64,000 nucleotides of DNA from Auanema rhodensis (lineage: Eukaryota; Animalia; Nematoda), in NCBI GenBank assembly GCA_964057225.1, contig OZ059900.1, forward strand, positions 12,834,001 to 12,898,000, read 5' to 3'. The position numbers and the translations under genes are program-made. The notes beneath the pieces are model-generated. The model was given only the letters and a program-made list of their open reading frames with translations. It was not told the origin of the DNA and searched no databases. Below are positions 1 to 12,200 of this stretch, piece after piece; within the stretch, counting starts at the first letter, position 1, and each line of letters starts with the position of its first letter.

Positions 1-166
1 ATAATTTAGTCTCAATAATAAGAGTTAAAACATAACTAATATAAAACAGAAACCAAATAGTCTATAGATATGAAACATACGTGACAGTTATCTGTTGAAG
101 TTAATTAAGATTCTATTGTTAAGTTTACTTCAAATTTAGGTTTTCTTATGATAAATTAATTCAAGT

Positions 167-186
167 AATCAGAAGAGATTCTGATT
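167..186. repeat. Perfect 8-bp inverted repeat AATCAGAA-GAGA-TTCTGATT, present in nearly every monomer (first copy given)
   Basis: Read directly from the sequence; the stem arms are exact reverse complements. Confidence 0.9.
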
Positions 187-200
187 TATTTTCAAATTGA

Positions 201-222
201 TTCTTAGTTATCTTCTTAGTTA
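201..222 (+). repeat. Internal 10-bp direct repeat TTCTTAGTTA x2, period 12 (first copy given)
   Basis: TTCTTAGTTA-TC-TTCTTAGTTA read directly. Confidence 0.9.
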
Positions 223-3200
223 CAATACTCATTCGTTAAAACTATCAATATTTGATATATTATATATGTAATAGATATACATTCATCATAAACAATACTT
301 TTTAACAAAATCTTTTCACAATTTATTATTTTACAGAAATCAACAACAGAAAAGAAAAATAATTTAGTCTCAATAATAAGAGTTAAAACATAACTAATAT
401 AAAACAGAAACCAAATAGTCTATAGATATGAAACATACGTGACAGTTATCTGTTGAAGTTAATTAAGATTCTATTGTTAAGTTTACTTCAAATTTAGGTT
501 TTCTTATGATAAATTAATTCAAGTAATCAGAAGAGATTCTGATTTATTTTCAAATTGATTCTTAGTTATCTTCTTAGTTACAATACTCATTCGTTAAAAC
601 TATCAATATTTGATATATTATATATGTAATAGATATACATTCATCATAAACAATACTTTTTAACAAAATCTTTTCACAATTTATTATTTTACAGAAATCA
701 ACAACAGAAAAGAAAAATAATTTAGTCTCAATAATAAGAGTTAAAACATAACTAATATAAAACAGAAACCAAATAGTCTATAGATATGAAACATACGTGA
801 CAGTTATCTGTTGAAGTTAATTAAGATTCTATTGTTAAGTTTACTTCAAATTTAGGTTTTCTTATGATAAATTAATTCAAGTAATCAGAAGAGATTCTGA
901 TTTATTTTCAAATTGATTCTTAGTTATCTTCTTAGTTACAATACTCATTCGTTAAAACTATCAATATTTGATATATTATATATGTAATAGATATACATTC
1001 ATCATAAACAATACTTTTTAACAAAATCTTTTCACAATTTATTATTTTACAGAAATCAACAACAGAAAAGAAAAATAATTTAGTCTCAATAATAAGAGTT
1101 AAAACATAACTAATATAAAACAGAAACCAAATAGTCTATAGATATGAAACATACGTGACAGTTATCTGTTGAAGTTAATTAAGATTCTATTGTTAAGTTT
1201 ACTTCAAATTTAGGTTTTCTTATGATAAATTAATTCAAGTAATCAGAAGAGATTCTGATTTATTTTCAAATTGATTCTTAGTTATCTTCTTAGTTACAAT
1301 ACTCATTCGTTAAAACTATCAATATTTGATATATTATATATGTAATAGATATACATTCATCATAAACAATACTTTTTAACAAAATCTTTTCACAATTTAT
1401 TATTTTACAGAAATCAACAACAGAAAAGAAAAATAATTTAGTCTCAATAATAAGAGTTAAAACATAACTAATATAAAACAGAAACCAAATAGTCTATAGA
1501 TATGAAACATACGTGACAGTTATCTGTTGAAGTTAATTAAGATTCTATTGTTAAGTTTACTTCAAATTTAGGTTTTCTTATGATAAATTAATTCAAGTAA
1601 TCAGAAGAGATTCTGATTTATTTTCAAATTGATTCTTAGTTATCTTCTTAGTTACAATACTCATTCGTTAAAACTATCAATATTTGATATATTATATATG
1701 TAATAGATATACATTCATCATAAACAATACTTTTTAACAAAATCTTTTCACAATTTATTATTTTACAGAAATCAACAACAGAAAAGAAAAATAATTTAGT
1801 CTCAATAATAAGAGTTAAAACATAACTAATATAAAACAGAAACCAAATAGTCTATAGATATGAAACATACGTGACAGTTATCTGTTGAAGTTAATTAAGA
1901 TTCTATTGTTAAGTTTACTTCAAATTTAGGTTTTCTTATGATAAATTAATTCAAGTAATCAGAAGAGATTCTGATTTATTTTCAAATTGATTCTTAGTTA
2001 TCTTCTTAGTTACAATACTCATTCGTTAAAACTATCAATATTTGATATATTATATATGTAATAGATATACATTCATCATAAACAATACTTTTTAACAAAA
2101 TCTTTTCACAATTTATTATTTTACAGAAATCAACAACAGAAAAGAAAAATAATTTAGTCTCAATAATAAGAGTTAAAACATAACTAATATAAAACAGAAA
2201 CCAAATAGTCTATAGATATGAAACATACGTGACAGTTATCTGTTGAAGTTAATTAAGATTCTATTGTTAAGTTTACTTCAAATTTAGGTTTTCTTATGAT
2301 AAATTAATTCAAGTAATCAGAAGAGATTCTGATTTATTTTCAAATTGATTCTTAGTTATCTTCTTAGTTACAATACTCATTCGTTAAAACTATCAATATT
2401 TGATATATTATATATGTAATAGATATACATTCATCATAAACAATACTTTTTAACAAAATCTTTTCACAATTTATTATTTTACAGAAATCAACAACAGAAA
2501 AGAAAAATAATTTAGTCTCAATAATAAGAGTTAAAACATAACTAATATAAAACAGAAACCAAATAGTCTATAGATATGAAACATACGTGACAGTTATCTG
2601 TTGAAGTTAATTAAGATTCTATTGTTAAGTTTACTTCAAATTTAGGTTTTCTTATGATAAATTAATTCAAGTAATCAGAAGAGATTCTGATTTATTTTCA
2701 AATTGATTCTTAGTTATCTTCTTAGTTACAATACTCATTCGTTAAAACTATCAATATTTGATATATTATATATGTAATAGATATACATTCATCATAAACA
2801 ATACTTTTTAACAAAATCTTTTCACAATTTATTATTTTACAGAAATCAACAACAGAAAAGAAAAATAATTTAGTCTCAATAATAAGAGTTAAAACATAAC
2901 TAATATAAAACAGAAACCAAATAGTCTATAGATATGAAACATACGTGACAGTTATCTGTTGAAGTTAATTAAGATTCTATTGTTAAGTTTACTTCAAATT
3001 TAGGTTTTCTTATGATAAATTAATTCAAGTAATCAGAAGAGATTCTGATTTATTTTCAAATTGATTCTTAGTTATCTTCTTAGTTACAATACTCATTCGT
3101 TAAAACTATCAATATTTGATATATTATATATGTAATAGATATACATTCATCATAAACAATACTTTTTAACAAAATCTTTTCACAATTTATTATTTTACAG

Positions 3201-6200
3201 AAATCAACAACAGAAAAGAAAAATAATTTAGTCTCAATAATAAGAGTTAAAACATAACTAATATAAAACAGAAACCAAATAAGCTATAGATATGAAGCAT
3301 ACGTGACAGTTATCTGTTGAAGTTAATTAGGATTCTATTGTTAAGTTTACTTCAAATTTTAGTTTACTTATCATAAATTAATTCAAGTAATCAGAAGAGA
3401 TTCTGATTTATTTTCAAATTGATTCTTAGTTATCTTCTTAGTTACAATACTCATTCGTTAAAACTATCAATATTTGATATATTATATATGTAATAGATAT
3501 ACATTCATCATAAACAATACTTTTTAACAAAATCTTTTCACAATTTATTATTTTACAGAAATCAACAACAGAAAAGAAAAATAATTTAGTCTCAATAATA
3601 AGAGTTAAAACATAACTAATATAAAACAGAAACCAAATAGTCTATAGATATGAAACATACGTGACAGTTATCTGTTGAAGTTAATTAAGATTCTATTGTT
3701 AAGTTTACTTCAAATTTAGGTTTTCTTATGATAAATTAATTCAAGTAATCAGAAGAGATTCTGATTTATTTTCAAATTGATTCTTAGTTATCTTCTTAGT
3801 TACAATACTCATTCGTTAAAACTATCAATATTTGATATATTATATATGTAATAGATATACATTCATCATAAACAATACTTTTTAACAAAATCTTTTCACA
3901 ATTTATTATTTTACAGAAATCAACAACAGAAAAGAAAAATAATTTAGTCTCAATAATAAGAGTTAAAACATAACTAATATAAAACAGAAACCAAATAGTC
4001 TATAGATATGAAACATACGTGACAGTTATCTGTTGAAGTTAATTAAGATTCTATTGTTAAGTTTACTTCAAATTTAGGTTTTCTTATGATAAATTAATTC
4101 AAGTAATCAGAAGAGATTCTGATTTATTTTCAAATTGATTCTTAGTTATCTTCTTAGTTACAATACTCATTCGTTAAAACTATCAATATTTGATATATTA
4201 TATATGTAATAGATATACATTCATCATAAACAATACTTTTTAACAAAATCTTTTCACAATTTATTATTTTACAGAAATCAACAACAGAAAAGAAAAATAA
4301 TTTAGCCTCAATAATAAGAGTTAAAACATAACTAATATAAAACAGAAACCAAATAGTCTATAGATATGAAACATACGTGACAGTTATCTGTTGAAGTTAA
4401 TTAGGATTCTATTGTTAAGTTTACTTCAAATTTTAGTTTACTTATCATAAATTAATTCAAGTAATCAGAAGAGATTCTGATTTATTTTCAAATTGATTCT
4501 TAGTTATCTTCTTAGTTACAATACTCATTCGTTAAAACTATCAATATTTGATATATTATATATGTAATAGATATACATTCATCATAAACAATACTTTTTA
4601 ACAAAATCTTTTCACAGTTTATTATTTTACAGAAATCAACAACAGAAAAGAAAAATATTTTAGTCTCAATAATAAGAGTTAAAACATAACTAATATAAAA
4701 CAGAAACCAAATAGTCTATAGATATGAAACATACGTGACAGTTATCTGTTGAAGTTAATTAAGATTCTATTGTTAAGTTTACTTCAAATTTAGGTTTTCT
4801 TATGATAAATTAATTCAAGTAATCAGAAGAGATTCTGATTTATTTTCAAATTGATTCTTAGTTATCTTCTTAGTTACAATACTCATTCGTTAAAACTATC
4901 AATATTTGATATATTATATATGTAATAGATATACATTCATCATAAACAATACTTTTTAACAAAATCTTTTCACAATTTATTATTTTACAGAAATCAACAA
5001 CAGAAAAGAAAAATAATTTAGTCTCAATAATAAGAGTTAAAACATAACTAATATAAAACAGAAACCAAATAGTCTATAGATATGAAACATACGTGACAGT
5101 TATCTGTTGAAGTTAATTAGGATTCTATTGTTAAGTTTACTTCAAATTTTAGTTTACTTATCATAAATTAATTCAAGTAATCAGAAGAGATTCTGATTTA
5201 TTTTCAAATTGATTCTTAGTTATCTTCTTAGTTACAATACTCATTCGTTAAAACTATCAATATTTAATATATTATATATGTAATAGATATACATTCATCA
5301 TAAACAATACTTTTTAACAAAATCTTTTCACAATTTATTATTTTACAGAAATCAACAACAGAAAAGAAAAATAATTTAGTCTCAATAATAAGAGTTAAAA
5401 CATAACTAATATAAAACAGAAACCAAATAAGCTATAGATATGAAGCATACGTGACAGTTATCTGTTGAAGTTAATTAGGATTCTATTGTTAAGTTTACTT
5501 CAAATTTTAGTTTACTTATCATAAATTAATTCAAGTAATCAGAAGAGATTCTGATTTATTTTCAAATTGATTCTTAGTTATCTTCTTAGTTACAATACTC
5601 ATTCGTTAAAACTATCAATATTTGATATATTATATATGTAATAGATATATATTCATCATAAACAATACTTTTTAACAAAATCTTTTCACAATTTATTATT
5701 TTACAGAAATCAACAACAGAAAAGAAAAATAATTTAGTCTCAATAATAAGAGTTAAAACATAACTAATATAAAACAGAAACCAAATAGTCTATAGATATG
5801 AAACATACGTGACAGTTATCTGTTGAAGTTAATTAAGATTCTATTGTTAAGTTTACTTCAAATTTTAGTTTACTTATCATAAATTACTTCAAGTAATCAG
5901 AAGAGATTCTGATTTATTTTCAAATTGATTCTTAGTTATCTTCTTAGTTACAATACTCATTCGTTAAAACTATCAATATTTGATATATTATATATGTAAT
6001 AGATATATATTCATCATAAACAATACTTTTTAACAAAATCTTTTCACAATTTATTATTTTACAGAAATCAACAACAGAAAAGAAAAATAATTTAGTCTCA
6101 ATAATAAGAGTTAAAACATAACTAATATAAAACAGAAACCAAATAGTCTATAGATATGAAACATACGTGACAGTTATCTGTTGAAGTTAATTAGGATTCT

Positions 6201-9200
6201 ATTGTTAAGTTTACTTCAAATTTTAGTTTACTTATCATAAATTAATTCAAGTAATCAGAAGAGATTCTGATTTAATTTCAAATTGATTCTTAGTTATCTT
6301 CTTAGTTACAATACTCATTCGTTAAAACTATCAATATTTAATATATTATATATGTAATAGATATACATTCATCATAAACAATACTTTTTAACAAAATCTT
6401 TTCACAATTTATTATTTTACAGAAATCAACAACAGAAAAGAAAAATAATTTAGTCTCAATAATAAGAGTTAAAACATAACTAATATAAAACAGAAACCAA
6501 ATAGTCTATAGATATGAAACATACGTGACAGTTATCTGTTGAAGTTAATTAGGATTCTATTGTTAAGTTTACTTCAAATTTTAGTTTACTTATCATAAAT
6601 TAATTCAAGTAATCAGAAGAGATTCTGATTTATTTTCAAATTGATTCTTAGTTATCTTCTTAGTTACAATACTCATTCGTTAAAACTATCAATATTTAAT
6701 ATATTATATATGTAATAGATATACATTCATCATAAACAATACTTTTTAACAAAATCTTTTCACAATTTATTATTTTACAGAAATCAACAACAGAAAAGAA
6801 AAATAATTTAGTCTCAATAATAAGAGTTAAAACATAACTAATATAAAACAGAAACCAAATAGTCTATAGATATGAAACATACGTGACAGTTATCTGTTGA
6901 AGTTAATTAGGATTCTATTGTTAAGTTTACTTCAAATTTTAGTTTACTTATCATAAATTAATTCAAGTAATCAGAAGAGATTCTGATTTATTTTCAAATT
7001 GATTCTTAGTTATCTTCTTAGTTACAATACTCATTCGTTAAAACTATCAATATTTGATATATTATATATGTAATAGATATATATTCATCATAAACAATAC
7101 TTTTTAACAAAATCTTTTCACAATTTATTATTTTACAGAAATCAACAACAGAAAAGAAAAATAATTTAGTCTCAATAATAAGAGTTAAAACATAACTAAT
7201 ATAAAACAGAAACCAAATAGTCTATAGATATGAAACATACGTGACAGTTATCTGTTGAAGTTAATTAGGATTCTATTGTTAAGTTTACTTCAAATTTTAG
7301 TTTACTTATCATAAATTAATTCAAGTAATCAGAAGAGATTCTGATTTATTTTCAAATTGATTCTTAGTTATCTTCTTAGTTACAATACTCATTCGTTAAA
7401 ACTATCAATATTTGATATATTATATATGTAATAGATATATATTCATCATAAACAATACTTTTTAACAAAATCTTTTCACAATTTATTATTTTACAGAAAT
7501 CAACAACAGAAAAGAAAAATAATTTAGTCTCAATAATAAGAGTTAAAACATAACTAATATAAAACAGAAACCAAATAGTCTATAGATATGAAACATACGT
7601 GACAGTTATCTGTTGAAGTTAATTAGGATTCTATTGTTAAGTTTACTTCAAATTTTAGTTTACTTATCATAAATTAATTCAAGTAATCAGAAGAGATTCT
7701 GATTTATTTTCAAATTGATTCTTAGTTATCTTCTTAGTTACAATACTCATTCGTTAAAACTATCAATATTTGATATATTATATATGTAATAGATATACAT
7801 TCATCATAAACAATACTTTTTAACAAAATCTTTTCACAATTTATTATTTTACAGAAATCAACAACAGAAAAGAAAAATATTTTAGTCTCAATAATAAGAG
7901 TTAAAACATAACTAATATAAAACAGAAACCAAATAGTCTATAGATATGAAACATACGTGACAGTTATCTGTTGAAGTTAATTAAGATTCTATTGTTAAGT
8001 TTACTTCAAATTTAGGTTTTCTTATGATAAATTAATTCAAGTAATCAGAAGAGATTCTGATTTATTTTCAAATTGATTCTTAGTTATCTTCTTAGTTACA
8101 ATACTCATTCGTTAAAACTATCAATATTTGATATATTATATATGTAATAGATATACATTCATCATAAACAATACTTTTTAACAAAATCTTTTCACAATTT
8201 ATTATTTTACAGAAATCAACAACAGAAAAGAAAAATAATTTAGTCTCAATAATAAGAGTTAAAACATAACTAATATAAAACAGAAACCAAATAGTCTATA
8301 GATATGAAACATACGTGACAGTTATCTGTTGAAGTTAATTAAGATTCTATTGTTAAGTTTACTTCAAATTTAGGTTTTCTTATGATAAATTAATTCAAGT
8401 AATCAGAAGAGATTCTGATTTATTTTCAAATTGATTCTTAGTTATCTTCTTAGTTACAATACTCATTCGTTAAAACTATCAATATTTGATATATTATATA
8501 TGTAATAGATATACATTCATCATAAACAATACTTTTTAACAAAATCTTTTCACAATTTATTATTTTACAGAAATCAACAACAGAAAAGAAAAATAATTTA
8601 GCCTCAATAATAAGAGTTAAAACATAACTAATATAAAACAGAAACCAAATAGTCTATAGATATGAAACATACGTGACAGTTATCTGTTGAAGTTAATTAG
8701 GATTCTATTGTTAAGTTTACTTCAAATTTTAGTTTACTTATCATAAATTAATTCAAGTAATCAGAAGAGATTCTGATTTATTTTCAAATTGATTCTTAGT
8801 TATCTTCTTAGTTACAATACTCATTCGTTAAAACTATCAATATTTGATATATTATATATGTGATAGATATACATTCATCATAAACAATACTTTTTAACAA
8901 AATCTTTTCACAATTTATTATTTTACAGAAATCAACAACAGAAAAGAAAAATAATTTAGTCTCAATAATAAGAGTTAAAACATAACTAATATAAAACAGA
9001 AACCAAATAGTCTATAGATATGAAACATACGTGACAGTTATCTGTTGAAGTTAATTAAGATTCTATTGTTAAGTTTACTTCAAATTTAGGTTTTCTTATG
9101 ATAAATTAATTCAAGTAATCAGAAGAGATTCTGATTTATTTTCAAATTGATTCTTAGTTATCTTCTTAGTTACAATACTCATTCGTTAAAACTATCAATA

Positions 9201-12200
9201 TTTGATATATTATATATGTAATAGATATACATTCATCATAAACAATACTTTTTAACAAAATCTTTTCACAATTTATTATTTTACAGAAATCAACAACAGA
9301 AAAGAAAAATAATTTAGTCTCAATAATAAGAGTTAAAACATAACTAATATAAAACAGAAACCAAATAAGCTATAGATATGAAGCATACGTGACAGTTATC
9401 TGTTGAAGTTAATTAGGATTCTATTGTTAAGTTTACTTCAAATTTTAGTTTACTTATCATAAATTAATTCAAGTAATCAGAAGAGATTCTGATTTATTTT
9501 CAAATTGATTCTTAGTTATCTTCTTAGTTACAATACTCATTCGTTAAAACTATCAATATTTGATATATTATATATGTAATAGATATACATTCATCATAAA
9601 CAATACTTTTTAACAAAATCTTTTCACAATTTATTATTTTACAGAAATCAACAACAGAAAAGAAAAATAATTTAGTCTCAATAATAAGAGTTAATACATA
9701 ACTAATATAAAACAGAAACCAAATAGTCTATAGATATGAAACATACGTGACAGTTATCTGTTGAAGTTAATTAGGATTCTATTGTTAAGTTTACTTCAAA
9801 TTTTAGTTTACTTATCATAAATTAATTCAAGTAATCAGAAGAGATTCTGATTTATTTTCAAATTGATTCTTAGTTATCTTCTTAGTTACAATACTCATTC
9901 GTTAAAACTATCAATATTTGATATATTATATATGTGATAGATATACATTCATCATAAACAATACTTTTTAACAAAATCTTTTCACAATTTATTATTTTAC
10001 AGAAATCAACAACAGAAAAGAAAAATAATTTAGTCTCAATAATAAGAGTTAAAACATAACTAATATAAAACAGAAACCAAATAAGCTATAGATATGAAGC
10101 ATACGTGACAGTTATCTGTTGAAGTTAATTAGGATTCTATTGTTAAGTTTACTTCAAATTTTAGTTTACTTATCATAAATTAATTCAAGTAATCAGAAGA
10201 GATTCTGATTTATTTTCAAATTGATTCTTAGTTATCTTCTTAGTTACAATACTCATTCGTTAAAACTATCAATATTTGATATATTATATATGTAATAGAT
10301 ATACATTCATCATAAACAATACTTTTTAACAAAATCTTTTCACAATTTATTATTTTACAGAAATCAACAACAGAAAAGAAAAATAATTTAGTCTCAATAA
10401 TAAGAGTTAAAACATAACTAATATAAAACAGAAACCAAATAGTCTATAGATATGAAACATACGTGACAGTTATCTGTTGAAGTTAATTAGGATTCTATTG
10501 TTAAGTTTACTTCAAATTTAGGTTTTCTTATGATAAATTAATTCAAGTAATCAGAAGAGATTCTGATTTATTTTCAAATTGATTCTTAGTTATCTTCTTA
10601 GTTACAATACTCATTCGTTAAAACTATCAATATTTGATATATTATATATGTAATAGATATACATTCATCATAAACAATACTTTTTAACAAAATCTTTTCA
10701 CAATTTATTATTTTACAGAAATCAACAACAGAAAAGAAAAATAATTTAGTCTCAATAATAAGAGTTAATACATAACTAATATAAAACAGAAACCAAATAG
10801 TCTATAGATATGAAACATACGTGACAGTTATCTGTTGAAGTTAATTAGGATTCTATTGTTAAGTTTACTTCAAATTTTAGTTTACTTATCATAAATTAAT
10901 TCAAGTAATCAGAAGAGATTCTGATTTATTTTCAAATTGATTCTTAGTTATCTTCTTAGTTACAATACTCATTCGTTAAAACTATCAATATTTGATATAT
11001 TATATATGTGATAGATATACATTCATCATAAACAATACTTTTTAACAAAATCTTTTCACAATTTATTATTTTACAGAAATCAACAACAGAAAAGAAAAAT
11101 AATTTAGTCTCAATAATAAGAGTTAAAACATAACTAATATAAAACAGAAACCAAATAAGCTATAGATATGAAGCATACGTGACAGTTATCTGTTGAAGTT
11201 AATTAGGATTCTATTGTTAAGTTTACTTCAAATTTTAGTTTACTTATCATAAATTAATTCAAGTAATCAGAAGAGATTCTGATTTATTTTCAAATTGATT
11301 CTTAGTTATCTTCTTAGTTACAATACTCATTCGTTAAAACTATCAATATTTGATATATTATATATGTAATAGATATACATTCATCATAAACAATACTTTT
11401 TAACAAAATCTTTTCACAATTTATTATTTTACAGAAATCAACAACAGAAAAGAAAAATAATTTAGTCTCAATAATAAGAGTTAAAACATAACTAATATAA
11501 AACAGAAACCAAATAGTCTATAGATATGAAACATACGTGACAGTTATCTGTTGAAGTTAATTAGGATTCTATTGTTAAGTTTACTTCAAATTTTAGTTTA
11601 CTTATCATAAATTAATTCAAGTAATCAGAAGAGATTCTGATTTATTTTCAAATTGATTCTTAGTTATCTTCTTAGTTACAATACTCATTCGTTAAAACTA
11701 TCAATATTTGATATATTATATATGTAATAGATATACATTCATCATAAACAATACTTTTTAACAAAATCTTTTCACAATTTATTATTTTACAGAAATCAAC
11801 AACAGAAAAGAAAAATAATTTAGTCTCAATAATAAGAGTTAAAACATAACTAATATAAAACAGAAACCAAATAGTCTATAGATATGAAACATACGTGACA
11901 GTTATCTGTTGAAGTTAATTAGGATTCTATTGTTAAGTTTACTTCAAATTTTAGTTTACTTATCATAAATTAATTCAAGTAATCAGAAGAGATTCTGATT
12001 TATTTTCAAATTGATTCTTAGTTATCTTCTTAGTTACAATACTCATTCGTTAAAACTATCAATATTTAATATATTATATATGTAATAGATATACATTCAT
12101 CATAAACAATACTTTTTAACAAAATCTTTTCACAATTTATTATTTTACAGAAATCAACAACAGAAAAGAAAAATAATTTAGTCTCAATAATAAGAGTTAA

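Larger units (their letters stand above)
1..3222 (+). repeat. Run of at least 9 apparently identical monomers (haplotype A: m108 A; m135-150 TTTAGGTTTTCTTATG)
   Basis: No differences seen by eye until the monomer starting at 3223. Confidence 0.85.

Noticed and set aside
77-86. TACGTGAC / GTCACGTA resembling HRE, ACGT-box or yeast CDEI (RTCACRTG)
   Set aside because: Short, imperfect match with no supporting context; it is simply one of two CpGs per monomer.
60-200. Hammerhead ribozyme or retrozyme, as in newt satellite 2 or schistosome Sm-alpha
   Set aside because: GAAAC (m72-76) is present, but I found no CTGANGA core on either strand (only CTGATTT on plus and CTGATTA on minus). An Infernal/Rfam search would settle it.
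231-247. CENP-B box-like ATTCGTTAAAACTATCA
   Set aside because: It matches the TTCG....A half but lacks the essential CGGG of NTTCGNNNNANNCGGGN.
24-278. Alternative internal duplication at offset about 207-211 (GTTAAAAC m24/m235; ATAGATAT m64/m271)
   Set aside because: Only two 8-mers in 79% AT sequence with poor alignment between them; not distinguishable from chance by eye.
169-289. Minus-strand box C (ATGATGA) ... box D (CTGA) snoRNA-like arrangement, 121 nt
   Set aside because: No canonical terminal stem next to the boxes, no recognisable rRNA antisense element, and such short motifs are expected by chance in AT-rich DNA.
1-358. Identity with similarly sized satellites (Drosophila 359-bp/1.688, maize TR-1, Tribolium TCAST)
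   Set aside because: Only the length is similar. I recognise no shared sequence and cannot assign a family without a database search.
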